A DNA stretch of 64,000 nt from Bacillota bacterium (GCA_023411575.1 JAEYOP010000018.1:8441-72440); one strand, 5' to 3'. Counted from the stretch's first letter, positions 1-10,843 are shown. Numbers and translations are program-made. Notes: generated from the sequence alone by a model not told the origin.

Positions 1-1064
1 TCAGGGACCCGGCGGCGGCAAGGATGCTGGCCGACCGGCTGAAAAGCCTGGAAGGGGAGCCGGTTTCCATCATGGAGGTCTGCGGAACCCATACCATGTC
101 CATTTTCCGGTACGGCATCCGGTCGCTGCTGCCCAAAAGCATCCGGCTGGTTTCCGGACCGGGCTGCCCCGTCTGTGTGACGCCGGTGTCCTATATTGAC
201 GCGGCGCTTTGGCTCGCAAGGCGCGAAGAGGTGATCCTTGCTACCTTCGGCGATTTGATGAAGGTGCCGGGAAGTTCCTCTTCCCTGACGTTGGAGAAGC
301 AAAACGGCGCTGATATCCGGGTGGTTTACTCCCCCCTGGACGCCGTGGGCATTGCCGCGGACAACCCGGACAAAAAAATAGTGTTCCTGTCGGTCGGTTT
401 TGAAACTACTGCGCCCGTGTGTGCGCTGACGGTTCTCCGGGCCGCGGAGGAGGGCCTGACGAATTATTTCCTGCTGTCCGCCAACAAAACAATGCCGCAG
501 GCGCTGGAAATCATTGCAGGCGACCGGGAAGCAGGCATCGGCGGTTTCCTCTACCCCGGGAATGTAAGTACCATAACAGGCACGAGCCTGTTTGACGAGA
601 TTGCCGGAAAATACGGCGTACCTGGCGTAGTGACCGGGTTTGAGCCCCTTGACGTTTTGCATGGGTTGATTACCCTCACCGGTCTGATCCGGAACAAAGA
701 GAATCGAATTGAGAATGAATATAAAAGAGTGGTGCGTTCGGAAGGAAATACGATTGCCCTGAACAAGCTGTATGAGGTTTTTGAACCGTGCGACGCCGTA
801 TGGAGGGGCCTCGGGAACATACCCGGCTCCGGGCTTGCCGTCCGGGAGAAGTATGCGGGATTTGACGCGTGGAAAGCGTTCGGACTCCGCGAAGAAACCG
901 GCAGGGAGCCGGCCGGTTGTTTGTGTCCGTTGGTGCTGACGGGCAGGGTGACGCCCGATAAATGCACCCATTTCGGCAAGGCTTGTACACCGGATTCGCC
1001 GGTGGGAGCCTGCATGGTCTCCTCTGAAGGAACCTGCGCGGCTTATTACCGCTATGGGGCATGA
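1..1064 (+). CDS. hypD: [NiFe]-hydrogenase maturation protein HypD (5' end probably outside the window)
   Basis: The translation has the HypD signatures CGTHT, GPGCPVCV and GFETT. The frame is open from nt 3, upstream of the first ATG (24), so the true start may lie before the window. Confidence 0.9.
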   Translation, partial: RDPAAARMLADRLKSLEGEPVSIMEVCGTHTMSIFRYGIRSLLPKSIRLVSGPGCPVCVTPVSYIDAALWLARREEVILATFGDLMKVPGSSSSLTLEKQNGADIRVVYSPLDAVGIAADNPDKKIVFLSVGFETTAPVCALTVLRAAEEGLTNYFLLSANKTMPQALEIIAGDREAGIGGFLYPGNVSTITGTSLFDEIAGKYGVPGVVTGFEPLDVLHGLITLTGLIRNKENRIENEYKRVVRSEGNTIALNKLYEVFEPCDAVWRGLGNIPGSGLAVREKYAGFDAWKAFGLREETGREPAGCLCPLVLTGRVTPDKCTHFGKACTPDSPVGACMVSSEGTCAAYYRYGA

Positions 1065-1164
1065 TATGGAGCATGAATAGAGCCAACCTGCACGAGGCGC
1101 GAGAAGGCAATCCGGTTTTTAGCAAGAAACAAGCGAATAAGATCTATGGGAGAAGAAATTCAAA

Positions 1165-2172
1165 ATGAATCATACGGTTACATTGGCCCATGGCAGCGGC
1201 GGAAAGCCGATGCACGAACTGATTGAAAAAGTGTTCGCCAGGCACCTGTCCAACGACCTGCTGAAGGAAGGGGACGACGGCGCGCGATTTTACGTGCCGG
1301 CCGGCCGGCTGGCATTTTCGACGGACTCCTACGTGATCAGCCCGCTTTTTTTCCGGGGCGGAAATATCGGCAAGCTGGCGGTCTGCGGAACGGTGAACGA
1401 TTTGTCCGCCTCCGGGGCCATCCCCAAGTATCTGAGCTGCGGCTTTATTATTGAAGAAGGGTTCCCGATGGAGCAGTTGGAGGAAATTGCGGCCTCCATG
1501 GCGGAAACCGCAAGGGAAAGCGGAGTGCTCATCGTTACGGGAGACACGAAGGTGGTCCCCAAAGGGGCTGCCGACAAGCTTTTCATCAACACCTCGGGCA
1601 TAGGGCTGATCCCGGAGGGCGTGGATATCTCGGGCCACAACGCAAAGCCCGGCGATAAAATCCTCGTGACCGGAAATCTCGGGGACCACGGCTGCGCCAT
1701 CCTGCTGGAGCGGGAACAGCTCGGCATCCGGACCACTGTCAAAAGCGACTGCGCGCCGCTGGCGGGGATGGTCCGGCAGTTGCTGGACGCAGCGCCCGGC
1801 GTGCATGTATTGCGGGACCCCACCAGGGGAGGGCTTGCGACCACGTTGAACGAAATTGCCCAGCAGAGCGGAGTGGGCATGAAGCTCCTGGAAGATGCGC
1901 TTCCGATCCGGGAAGAAACGGCTGGAATTTGCAGCATGCTCGGACTGGACCCGCTCTATATGGCCAACGAGGGCAAAATGGTGGTCATCGTTGACCCGGC
2001 GGAGGCGGGACGCGCCCTGGAGGCTTTAAAAGCCAATGACTACGGCCGGGATGCCTGCATCATCGGCGACGTCACGGCGGGCCAGGCCGGGAGAGTGTAT
2101 ATTGAAACAATCGCGGGAGGCAGCCGTATCCTGGATATGCTCCAAAGGGAGCAGCTGCCCAGGATTTGTTGA
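1165..2172 (+). CDS. hypE: Hydrogenase maturation protein HypE (AIR-synthase-like carbamoyl dehydratase)
   Basis: 335 aa with a PurM/AIR-synthase-like fold pattern and the canonical HypE C-terminus ...EQLPRIC. It lies directly after hypD, with SD GGGAGAAG upstream. Confidence 0.9.
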   Translation: MNHTVTLAHGSGGKPMHELIEKVFARHLSNDLLKEGDDGARFYVPAGRLAFSTDSYVISPLFFRGGNIGKLAVCGTVNDLSASGAIPKYLSCGFIIEEGFPMEQLEEIAASMAETARESGVLIVTGDTKVVPKGAADKLFINTSGIGLIPEGVDISGHNAKPGDKILVTGNLGDHGCAILLEREQLGIRTTVKSDCAPLAGMVRQLLDAAPGVHVLRDPTRGGLATTLNEIAQQSGVGMKLLEDALPIREETAGICSMLGLDPLYMANEGKMVVIVDPAEAGRALEALKANDYGRDACIIGDVTAGQAGRVYIETIAGGSRILDMLQREQLPRIC

Positions 2173-2304
2173 GATCGGCGGGTTGGGAAAATATTTATAT
2201 TTTCAATAAATTTATAAGACATAATCCATCCTTTTCCGTATATTGTCATGAGTTTTTTATTCTGCGGGAACCTGCGGGGAATGTCTTTTAAAGGTGGTAA
2301 TTGG

Positions 2305-3039
2305 ATGATAATCAAAATGGAAGGCCTCGGGAAGATTTACAGCACGGGAAAAATCGAAGTGGAGGCCCTGAAAAATGTGAATCTGGATATCGGCAAGGGC
2401 GAATTCGTATCCATCATGGGCCCTTCCGGTTCGGGCAAGTCGACCCTCATGAACATCGTCGGCTGCCTCGACCGGTCCACCAGCGGCCATTACGAGTTGG
2501 ACGGCGTAGCCATCTCAAGCCTGGACGACATCGAACTGGCGAAAATCCGGAACCGGAAAATCGGCTTCGTCTTTCAGTCCTTCAACCTTCTTCCGAGGAT
2601 TACGGCGCTTCAGAATATAGAGCTGCCGATGATCTATGCCGGGGTGGGCAAAAAGGAACGCCGGAGCAAGGCCATCGAGGCGCTGGAAAGGGTAAGCCTG
2701 GCGGAGAGAATGGACCACAAGCCCAATGAGCTGTCCGGCGGACAGAAGCAGAGGGTGGCGATTGCGCGGGCACTGGTGAACAATCCCGCCATCATCCTGG
2801 CAGACGAGCCCACCGGCAACCTGGATACGGCGTCCGGCGAAGATATCATGGCGGTATTCCAGGGGCTGAACCGGGAAGGGGTCACCATCGTGCTGGTCAC
2901 CCACGAGCCGGACATCGCCCAGCATACCAGGAGGATCGTCCGGTTCCGGGACGGCCTGCTGACCACGGACGAGATCGTTAAGCATCCCGTTGACGCACTG
3001 GACCTGATCCGGGAGCGGAAAGCGCAGGAAGCGGTATAA
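2305..3039 (+). CDS. ABC transporter ATP-binding protein (MacB/YknY-like)
   Basis: Walker [10 protein letters not shown], signature [15 protein letters not shown] and Walker [12 protein letters not shown] are present. I chose the ATG at 2305, which follows SD AAAGGTGG, rather than the track ATG at 2248. Confidence 0.85.
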   Translation: MIIKMEGLGKIYSTGKIEVEALKNVNLDIGKGEFVSIMGPSGSGKSTLMNIVGCLDRSTSGHYELDGVAISSLDDIELAKIRNRKIGFVFQSFNLLPRITALQNIELPMIYAGVGKKERRSKAIEALERVSLAERMDHKPNELSGGQKQRVAIARALVNNPAIILADEPTGNLDTASGEDIMAVFQGLNREGVTIVLVTHEPDIAQHTRRIVRFRDGLLTTDEIVKHPVDALDLIRERKAQEAV

Positions 3040-3063
3040 ATTTTATAGAAAGAGGTTGATAGT

Positions 3064-3810
3064 ATGTCGGAAGTTCAGATGAATCTTGTTAATGAAGAAG
3101 CGGTCCACGAGCAGCCCGGTCTTTTGAAGAGAATCCTTTGGGTATTTACGTCTCCGGGTAAATTGATGGCCTGCCTGGCGGAAAAGCCGCGTATTCTTTT
3201 GGGGCTGATCTTGTCCCTGGTTTCCCTGGACGCCCTTTATCTTACGCACATGCCGCTGTACCAGGATATGCTTCGGAACGCGTCCCTTGCGCAGATCGAT
3301 TACATGGAGTCCCTGGGGGTTACGATGACCCCGGAAATGATTGAAGCCAGCCTGCCCCAGTCCATGATAACCGGTCTGATCTCGACCCCGATTGCGGCCG
3401 CCATCATGTGGCTCGTGATTACGCTGGTCCTGTTCGCCATCCTGAAGATCATGGGCGGCCAGGGCAAGTTCAAGGCGTATTTGTCCGTAACGGGTTATGC
3501 TTCTGTAATATCGGCGGCATATATGCTGATTGCGTTGGTTGCTGCCACCTTTACCGGAAGCCTTCATGTGGATCCTACGCTGACCAGCCTGGCGACGCTG
3601 GTATCCAAGGATTCCGTGGGGACTGTTGTTTACGCGCTTTTGAAAAGCATTGATATTTTCTCGATCTGGTACTATGTTGTTATGGCTATAGGTCTGGCAG
3701 CCGTCAGCAAGGTCAAAAAGAGCTATGTTTATATTGCAGTGGCTTCCGTATTTGTGATCAGCGTTATCATCGCCATAGTCAGCGCAATTGCTACGCAGGG
3801 CATGATGTAA
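3064..3810 (+). CDS. Yip1-domain polytopic membrane protein (YknW-like)
   Basis: 248 aa with about five hydrophobic helices after a soluble N-terminus. Its size and position inside a MacAB-type operon match Yip1/YknW proteins. SD AGAGG lies upstream. Confidence 0.55.
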   Translation: MSEVQMNLVNEEAVHEQPGLLKRILWVFTSPGKLMACLAEKPRILLGLILSLVSLDALYLTHMPLYQDMLRNASLAQIDYMESLGVTMTPEMIEASLPQSMITGLISTPIAAAIMWLVITLVLFAILKIMGGQGKFKAYLSVTGYASVISAAYMLIALVAATFTGSLHVDPTLTSLATLVSKDSVGTVVYALLKSIDIFSIWYYVVMAIGLAAVSKVKKSYVYIAVASVFVISVIIAIVSAIATQGMM

Positions 3811-3851
3811 CAGGGACGGCTTTTGCAGAACGGACATTTTGGAGGATTAAG

Positions 3852-5135
3852 ATGAATAGAAAAATAATCATTGGTGTTGTGGTAGCAATTGTTACAATAG
3901 GACTGATCGTGGCCGGAATCCTGCAGGCCACCGGTTCGTCCTCCACCTTCGGAGGGGGCAGCGCGGTGCTGGCGAAAACGGCGACCATCGAAAAAGGAGC
4001 CATTTCGTCCTATATCTCTTCCGACGGGAAAGTTGAAGAGGTGGATAAGACCGAGCTTTACCTGGATACTCCCCTCAAGGTGAAGAAAGTGCTGGCGGAG
4101 GAAGGGCAAGAGGTCACGAAGGGCCAGCAGTTGCTGGAGCTTGATCTGGACGCGCTGAATTCCCAATTGGAGACGTTGAAAATAAACCGGACGACCCAAC
4201 AGCTCTCCGCCAATTCAAAGGCGCTTGACGCCGAGGTCGAAAGGGCGGCAAACAACCTGAAGGCGGCGGAACGCAGCTACAACGACGCAAAAAAGACCTA
4301 TGAGGACAACAAGGCGTTATACGCGTCCAACGCCATTTCCAAATCCGAGCTGGACATGTCCGAAAAGTCCTTTAATGAAGCGGGTTCCGGAATAAACGGC
4401 CTGGAGAATGCCAAGCTGGCATACAATTCGGCGGTGGAGAACCGGAAGAATTCCAAAAGCACTTCGGAAGAAAACTTGAAGGCAACGGACCTTCAGATCG
4501 CGGACCTGGAAAAGAAGATCAGCACCATCAAGGCGGAATGCGCAAGCCCCATGGACGGTGTAATTGCCAGCCTCAGTGCGGAAGAAGGGGCTTATACGAG
4601 CAGCATGCAGCCGGTTTACACCATAATTGATCCCGACAACCTTCAGATCAGGGCGAAAGTAAAAGAGTACGACATCAAAAATGTGGCGGTGGGACAAAAA
4701 GTCCGGATCACCGGCGAAGCCATCGACAAGGACAAAGAAATTGACGGAACGGTCAAAAGCATTTCTCCCGTTGCCGTATCCAACGCCACAACAAGCGGGA
4801 ATGAAACGGTGATCGAGGTGCTGATCTCCGTAAGCGGTTCGGACGGCGTGCTGAAGCCGGGCCTCAATGTCACCTGCGAAATCTCGACGGTGAATAAGCC
4901 GGATGCCGTATTGGCTCCGATGGAGGCAATCACGCCGGACAAGGATGACAACAACATGGTGTTTGTCGTAGATCAGAAGACGATGACCATGCAGCAGAAA
5001 AAGGTCACGGTAGGCATCAATTCGGATATGAGCGTGGAAATTCTGGACGGACTCCAGGCGGGGGACGTGGTAGTCCTGGATCCGCAGCCTTCTTACAGGG
5101 ACGGACTGCGCGTCAAAACCGACAGCAAAGAATAG
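3852..5135 (+). CDS. Efflux periplasmic adaptor / membrane-fusion protein (HlyD/MacA/YknX-like)
   Basis: It has an N-terminal TM anchor, a long coiled-coil segment (LDAEVERAANNLKAAERSY...) and C-terminal beta-barrel motifs typical of MFP adaptors. Confidence 0.8.
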   Translation: MNRKIIIGVVVAIVTIGLIVAGILQATGSSSTFGGGSAVLAKTATIEKGAISSYISSDGKVEEVDKTELYLDTPLKVKKVLAEEGQEVTKGQQLLELDLDALNSQLETLKINRTTQQLSANSKALDAEVERAANNLKAAERSYNDAKKTYEDNKALYASNAISKSELDMSEKSFNEAGSGINGLENAKLAYNSAVENRKNSKSTSEENLKATDLQIADLEKKISTIKAECASPMDGVIASLSAEEGAYTSSMQPVYTIIDPDNLQIRAKVKEYDIKNVAVGQKVRITGEAIDKDKEIDGTVKSISPVAVSNATTSGNETVIEVLISVSGSDGVLKPGLNVTCEISTVNKPDAVLAPMEAITPDKDDNNMVFVVDQKTMTMQQKKVTVGINSDMSVEILDGLQAGDVVVLDPQPSYRDGLRVKTDSKE

Positions 5136-5146
5136 AGGTTGATCTG

Positions 5147-6361
5147 ATGAATTTTTCCGAAAGCTTCAAGCAGGCTTTTGACAGCCTGAGAGCAAACAAG
5201 CTGCGTTCGATCCTGACCATGATCGGAATCATCATGGGCGTATTTTCGGTCATCACGATCATGGCGCTGGGCACGGCGGCAGAATCCTATATGAACAGCC
5301 AGTTTGAAAAGATCGGCGCGAATACCATATCCATAGGCTACAAGGAAATGAACGTCGATAAAAAGGACTGGCTGAGGCTGGAGGACATGGAGACCATAAA
5401 GAAGGCCGCCCCGGAGATCAAGAATATTGCCACTTACCAGCAAAAGGGCGGTCAGGTCCGGGTGGGCAGCAAAACAAAGGATGCCATGATTTTTGCCGTC
5501 TCCTCCCAGTATAAGAATTTCGACCTGATTGAAATGGCCTTCGGCCGGTTTGTCAATGATTTTGACATTACGTCCCAGAACAAGGTGGTCATAGTAGACG
5601 AGTCCTTTGTAAAGAAGTTTTTCAAGGAAGGGCAGAATGTGGTCGGTGAAACCGTCACCTTGAAAACTTCCGCCGGCAGCAACGTGAGTTTGAAAATCAT
5701 CGGCGTGATCAAAACCGGGGACGATTTATTCGGCAGCATGTACAGCAGCGATCTGATTCCGGCCATCCTCTACATGCCCATTACCACCGCCCAATCCATT
5801 TATCCCAACAGCGAAAGGCTGGAAAGCATAATGGTGTCGCTGGTGGATAAGAGCAAGCTGCGCGAGGTGGGAAAGAGGATCGTCAATACGCTGGAAATGA
5901 AGCACAACAGCGACGATGTTTACATCGCCTCCAATTCCGCCGACATGCAGAAGGCATTTTCGGACGTGCTGGGCGTGATTTCCTCCGTGCTGCTGGTAAT
6001 TGCCATTATTACGCTGATCGTGGGCGGTATCGGCATTATCAACATCCTGTTGGTTTCGGTTACGGAGCGAATCCGGGAAATCGGCATCCGAAAGGCGCTT
6101 GGCGCGCAGAAGAAGGACATCATCGTCCAGTTCATCACCGAGTCCATCATTATGACGGGCATCAGCGGATTGATCGGCATACTGCTGGGCATCATCGCCG
6201 GAGGCATCATTTCCTCCCTGATCAAGATCCCGCCGATTGTCGATATCAAGGTCATTACCATGGCCTTCCTGGGATCGGTAGCCCTCGGACTGATATTCGG
6301 AGTCTATCCGGCGAAACGCGCGGCCGACCTGGATCCGATCGAATCCCTGAGATACGAATAA
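5147..6361 (+). CDS. ABC transporter permease, MacB/FtsX family (YknZ-like)
   Basis: 404 aa. The layout is an N-terminal TM, a large extracytoplasmic MacB_PCD-like domain, then a C-terminal FtsX four-helix region (ERIREIGIRKALGA motif). Confidence 0.85.
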   Translation: MNFSESFKQAFDSLRANKLRSILTMIGIIMGVFSVITIMALGTAAESYMNSQFEKIGANTISIGYKEMNVDKKDWLRLEDMETIKKAAPEIKNIATYQQKGGQVRVGSKTKDAMIFAVSSQYKNFDLIEMAFGRFVNDFDITSQNKVVIVDESFVKKFFKEGQNVVGETVTLKTSAGSNVSLKIIGVIKTGDDLFGSMYSSDLIPAILYMPITTAQSIYPNSERLESIMVSLVDKSKLREVGKRIVNTLEMKHNSDDVYIASNSADMQKAFSDVLGVISSVLLVIAIITLIVGGIGIINILLVSVTERIREIGIRKALGAQKKDIIVQFITESIIMTGISGLIGILLGIIAGGIISSLIKIPPIVDIKVITMAFLGSVALGLIFGVYPAKRAADLDPIESLRYE

Positions 6362-6374
6362 TAGCTGCTTGAAT

Positions 6375-6404
6375 GAAAAGGCTGTCCGAAAGGGCGGCCT
6401 TTTT
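6375..6404 (+). terminator. Intrinsic terminator-like hairpin after the efflux operon
   Basis: AAAAGGCTGTCC-GAAA-GGGCGGCCTTTT: an A-tract, a GC stem and a T-tract, 14 nt after the permease stop. Confidence 0.5.
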
Positions 6405-6499
6405 CCGACATCAGTATAATTTTGTCCATTTCCTGTCCGGCCCTTTTCGTGTAAAATGTTTAAATAGATGGGATTACAGGATGATAAAGGGCGGGTGCC

Positions 6500-7768
6500 A
6501 TGTCGCAGGATTTGTACCGTTACGAATTGGAGAAGAATCACAAGCACAATTCCCTGATGAATATACTGGACGCGACCTTCTTCCAGGTGGGCTTTGCCGG
6601 ATTTGTACCCGCAATCATCATCGTTGCCTATTTGAAGCATTTTACAGACAATGAGATGATCCTGAACCTTCCCGTTTTCATCGCGAATTTTTCCTTTTCC
6701 CTTGGCCCGTTTATTATGAGCTTCTATTCGGGAAGGGTCAAAAACAAAAAAAGGGCGGCGGTCCTTTTCGGATTCGCCCAGCGGGTGATGCTCCTTCCCA
6801 TCCTCCTTGTGGTCGTTTTTTTGAGCGGCTCCGGCACCCTGATCGTGCCGGCATTCCTGGCGGCATTCACCCTTTTTTACTTCGTATGGGGAGCCGGGTC
6901 CATCTACTGGCAGGAGATGATCGGCCATGCCCTTGCGCCGGATAAATTCACCAGCGCCATGGGGATCCGGGAATCGGTCAGCAGGATCGTCGGCTTCTTT
7001 GCCAGCCTCGGTGTAACGGCCATCCTGGCCGGCTTCGCCTTTCCGAAGAATTTTGCCGCTTTGCTGGCCATGTGCTTCGTTTTCTGGTTCATTTCCTTCT
7101 TTTTTATCACCCGGATAAAGCAGGCCTCCTATAACGAAACCAACATCGTAAGGCCGTCGAAGCATCTGAAAAATATCCTTATGCTCCCGGTCAGGGACCG
7201 GTCCTTCCGGTGGTACATGATCTTCATCCTGTTGTATTACGGCTTCCTGTTTGTCGGTGGGCTGTACACCGTTACCGGAATCGAACGCTTCGGCGGGGAG
7301 GCCGGTTCCGACCAGTTGACAGGGATCATCGGCATTATGACCGTTCTTTCCTCCTCTTTATTTTCTTTCATCGTGGGGAGAATATGTGAAAAAGTCGGGA
7401 AACTCTGGGGCTTCGTCTTTTTTACCGTCATCAACATGCTGCTGCCCCTCAGCATGGCATTTTGCGGGAATTACTACCTGTACCTGTTCCTCATTTTCCT
7501 GTCGGGGATCATCAATGCCTCCTGGTTCCTGGAGATTTCGATGCTTATGGGCTTTTCCGTACCCGAAAAGAGAAACGAATATATTGCCTTCAACTCTCTG
7601 GTCAAGCTCATCCCCATCATCCTCTATACCAATCTGGGCGGATATTTTGCCAATGCCTTTTCCACCCATATAACCTTTTATGTTTCCTCTGCCTTCGGAC
7701 TGGCCGCTCTTCTGGTTCTGGCCGCGAAGTTCCGCTGTATTTTCGCAAACGGGAATATCGACCAGTAG
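6500..7768 (+). CDS. MFS-type polytopic transporter (substrate unknown)
   Basis: 422 aa with about 12 hydrophobic helices in two halves separated by a basic loop. I saw no diagnostic substrate motif. Confidence 0.55.
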   Translation: MSQDLYRYELEKNHKHNSLMNILDATFFQVGFAGFVPAIIIVAYLKHFTDNEMILNLPVFIANFSFSLGPFIMSFYSGRVKNKKRAAVLFGFAQRVMLLPILLVVVFLSGSGTLIVPAFLAAFTLFYFVWGAGSIYWQEMIGHALAPDKFTSAMGIRESVSRIVGFFASLGVTAILAGFAFPKNFAALLAMCFVFWFISFFFITRIKQASYNETNIVRPSKHLKNILMLPVRDRSFRWYMIFILLYYGFLFVGGLYTVTGIERFGGEAGSDQLTGIIGIMTVLSSSLFSFIVGRICEKVGKLWGFVFFTVINMLLPLSMAFCGNYYLYLFLIFLSGIINASWFLEISMLMGFSVPEKRNEYIAFNSLVKLIPIILYTNLGGYFANAFSTHITFYVSSAFGLAALLVLAAKFRCIFANGNIDQ

Positions 7769-7891
7769 GCTGCGGGGGAATGGTGGGTTGGATATGCACA
7801 TGCGGCATTTCAACCGCCATATAATACACGGATGAATTTGCCGTGGGCTGCCCGGCGATGAGCCGGACGCTGCATTTAGGGTGATGGACGG

Positions 7892-9343
7892 GTGCGAATC
7901 AACCAGAATAGAACGCCGCTGTTTGATGCGGTGAAAAAATATATTGAGGACCAGGTCGTTCCTTTTCATGTTCCGGGACACAAGCAGGGAAGAGGGCTGC
8001 GGGAATTGGCCGCCTATATCGGCGAAACGGCGCTTCGGATGGATGTGAACGGCATGGAGGATCTCGATTACGCCAACAATCCCACGGGAGTCATCCTGGA
8101 GGCCCAAAAGCTGATGGCGCACGCCTTTGGGGCGGAGCAGTCCTGGTTCCTCGTAAACGGCACCACCTCCGGCGTGCAGACCATGATCCTGAGCGCCTGC
8201 GAGCCGGGCAGCAGGATTATCCTCCCCAGGAACGCCCACAAATCCACCATAGGGGGCATCATCCTGAGCGGCGCCATGCCTGTGTACATCCAGCCGGAAA
8301 TCAATACGGAGCTGGGCATTGCCATGGGCGTCTCGGTGGAAAGCGTGAAAAAGGCTATTCGCCAGAATCCGCATGCCAGGGCCGTGTTTGTCATAAACCC
8401 GACCTATTATGGGATGACTTCGGACCTCAAATCCATTGTCCGCGTTGCCCACATGCACGGCATGGCGGTATTGGTGGACGAGGCCCACGGCGCTCACATG
8501 TCGTTCCACGACGATTTTCCCCTGACCGCCATGGAGGTCGGGGCGGATATGAGCGCGGCCAGCATCCACAAGACCGGGGGATCGCTTACTCAAAGTTCCG
8601 TCCTGCTGTCCCGGGGAGGGCTCATCTCCCAGGATAGGATCAAGCAGTCCCTGGGGTTGACCTTTACCTCCAGCGCGTCTTATCTGCTGATGTGTTCGCT
8701 GGATATTGCCAGAAAACAGCTGGCCGTGAATGGGGCCGAACTCCTGGAGGAGGCGCTGGGGCTGGCCCGCCGGGCAAGGAACGAGATCAATGGGGTCGAC
8801 GGCCTGTACGCCTTTGGCCGGGAACTGGCCGGAACGGCCGGCTGCGCCGACTTTGACGAGACAAAGCTCGGCATCCATGTCGGGAGGCTTGGATATACCG
8901 GGTACCAGGTGGAAGCCATCCTGCGGGAAAAGTATAATATCCAGGTCGAGATGTCCGACCTGTACAATATCCTGGCGATCGTATCGCTGGGAGACCGGGA
9001 GGAGGATCTGGAGGCGCTGGTGAACGCCCTGCGGGATCTATCCTCCGCCAAGGCCGCGGATGCGCCTGCCTCCGAAGTGTTGATGCCGGAAAATCCTGAA
9101 ATGATCGTATCGCCGCGGGATGCCTTTTACAATGCGAAAAAGTCCGTCCGGCTGGAGGACGCCGCGGGAGAAATCGCCGGTGAGATGGTTATGGCCTATC
9201 CGCCGGGGATCCCTGTCATTTGCATGGGAGAGAGGATCACCCCCGGCATGGTCGATTACATAAAGCTCCTGAAGGAGCAGCGGTGCCAACTGCAAGGCAC
9301 GATAGATCCCAGGGTGGACTATATCCGGGTGCTGGGGGGCTGA
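7892..9343 (+). CDS. PLP-dependent Orn/Lys/Arg decarboxylase family protein (SpeA/YaaO-like)
   Basis: GTG start. The N-terminus ...PFHVPGHKQGRG and the PLP-lysine motif SIHKTGGSLTQSS are typical of the Gram-positive Orn/Lys/Arg decarboxylase family. Confidence 0.85.
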   Translation: MRINQNRTPLFDAVKKYIEDQVVPFHVPGHKQGRGLRELAAYIGETALRMDVNGMEDLDYANNPTGVILEAQKLMAHAFGAEQSWFLVNGTTSGVQTMILSACEPGSRIILPRNAHKSTIGGIILSGAMPVYIQPEINTELGIAMGVSVESVKKAIRQNPHARAVFVINPTYYGMTSDLKSIVRVAHMHGMAVLVDEAHGAHMSFHDDFPLTAMEVGADMSAASIHKTGGSLTQSSVLLSRGGLISQDRIKQSLGLTFTSSASYLLMCSLDIARKQLAVNGAELLEEALGLARRARNEINGVDGLYAFGRELAGTAGCADFDETKLGIHVGRLGYTGYQVEAILREKYNIQVEMSDLYNILAIVSLGDREEDLEALVNALRDLSSAKAADAPASEVLMPENPEMIVSPRDAFYNAKKSVRLEDAAGEIAGEMVMAYPPGIPVICMGERITPGMVDYIKLLKEQRCQLQGTIDPRVDYIRVLGG

Positions 9344-9346
9344 TAT

Positions 9347-9760
9347 TCAAACAATCAGAATGATCCCCGCAATCACCAGGCCGGCCCCGACCAATCGGAT
9401 CAGGGTGATTTGCTCCCCCAGGAACAAAACGGCGCACAAGATGGTGATCAGAGGCGAGCTGGACATGATGATGGTGACCAGTGAAACATCGCCCTTTTTC
9501 AATGCCGCGTAATAGGCGAGGTCGCCTACCAGCGTCGCCAGCAGGGCCTCGATTCCGATCAGCCACCAGGCGCTGGCCGGTATGCTGCTCACCTTGGAAA
9601 AGCTTCCGCTGATGATGACCCAGCCCGATACGACACTGGCCGCAAAGATGGTGCGCAGGACGAGTCCGGCCACCGGATCGATGTTTTTCAGCGCAATCTT
9701 GGCAAAAACCGGTGCGATTCCCCAGCAGACCATTCCGAAAAGAGCAAGAAACACCACCAT
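9347..9760 (-). CDS. Small EamA/DMT-family membrane protein
   Basis: About 137 aa with four to five TM helices and a single EamA-like repeat. I chose the start at MVVFLALFG, which follows SD GGAGG, rather than the upstream track ATG at 9838. Confidence 0.6.
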   Translation of the reverse strand: MVVFLALFGMVCWGIAPVFAKIALKNIDPVAGLVLRTIFAASVVSGWVIISGSFSKVSSIPASAWWLIGIEALLATLVGDLAYYAALKKGDVSLVTIIMSSSPLITILCAVLFLGEQITLIRLVGAGLVIAGIILIV

Positions 9761-9895
9761 ATTTTTGCCGCCTCCGTGTTTTATTCCCATTTGTGTGAAC
9801 CAGCCTTTCATTGAGACAATATGAAGCGGAGCCTTCAATTATTACTGGAATAATCTTCGCGGGTTATTTTTCAATACCCCGCAGATACTATTTTC

Positions 9896-10843
9896 ATGAC
9901 AAGACAACGAATTGGCAAAATGATTACTATCGCTTTACTTGCTGCTCTTTCGCCTTTTATGGCGACGGCGGGAAGCTGTACTGCCGCGCCCGCTGCCGGA
10001 TCGGCGGTTACGAAGCCGCTGGATGGCGATTCCGCCGAAGTTTCCGGTACGGAGGGCATAATAAGGAGGGGGATCAGCACGGACCTGGTTTCCGGGCCGG
10101 AAGACCGCCTGCCCTGGCAAAAGGACCGGGAATTCCTCAAAGCCCGGCTGCGCAACGACACGAATGTCCTGCTGGGCGGTTACAGAACGGTGCTGAAGGA
10201 CCCGCTGCCCGGCGAGGAGTATAATGTCCATCTTGCGGCAAGCCTGCTGGCGGGGATCGTGATCAAGCCCGGCGCCGTATTTTCCCAGAACAACGCGATA
10301 GGCCCCTATACGGAGGACAAGGGCTTTGAAAAGGGACCCACTTATATCGGTACTACGCTTACAACGACGATCGGAGGCGGCGTCTGCAAGATCGCTTCCA
10401 CCCTTTACAACGTAGCCGTCCTGTCGAACCTCAAGATTGTAGAGCGCCACAACCACAGCATGCCTGTGCCGTACGTGCCGTATGGGCAGGATGCGACGGT
10501 GTCCTACGGATCGAAGGACATCCGGTTTTTGAACAATACGGGCTCGGAGATCATGATCTGGGCCCAGGGAATTGACAATGTCCTCTACATGGCCTTTTAC
10601 GGGAGCAGGCCCGCGCCTTCCGTCGAATGGCGGCATGAGGTGGTGGAAATCCGGAAGGCTCCGGTTCAATACCGGCTCAATCCCGGGCTTGGCAGCGGAA
10701 ACCAGAAGCAGCTGCTGGAGGGGATGGACGGCGCGGTGGTGAAATCCTGGATAACGGTAACCAGAGGAAATAGCGTGGATGTGCGGTATATGGGCATAAG
10801 CGACTACAAGCCGATGTCGCACCTCGTCGAGAAAGGCTCCTGA
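9896..10843 (+). CDS. VanW-family protein with signal peptide
   Basis: The VanW core GGGVCKIASTLYNVAVLSNLKIVERHNHSMPVPYVPYGQDATVSYG is present, preceded by an N-terminal hydrophobic signal sequence. Confidence 0.8.
   Translation: MTRQRIGKMITIALLAALSPFMATAGSCTAAPAAGSAVTKPLDGDSAEVSGTEGIIRRGISTDLVSGPEDRLPWQKDREFLKARLRNDTNVLLGGYRTVLKDPLPGEEYNVHLAASLLAGIVIKPGAVFSQNNAIGPYTEDKGFEKGPTYIGTTLTTTIGGGVCKIASTLYNVAVLSNLKIVERHNHSMPVPYVPYGQDATVSYGSKDIRFLNNTGSEIMIWAQGIDNVLYMAFYGSRPAPSVEWRHEVVEIRKAPVQYRLNPGLGSGNQKQLLEGMDGAVVKSWITVTRGNSVDVRYMGISDYKPMSHLVEKGS

Noticed and set aside
1-6361. Functional link between the hypDE genes and the adjacent efflux module.
   Set aside because: A 132-nt AT-rich spacer with a separate SD separates them, and the functions are unrelated. 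Adjacency alone does not support a shared system.
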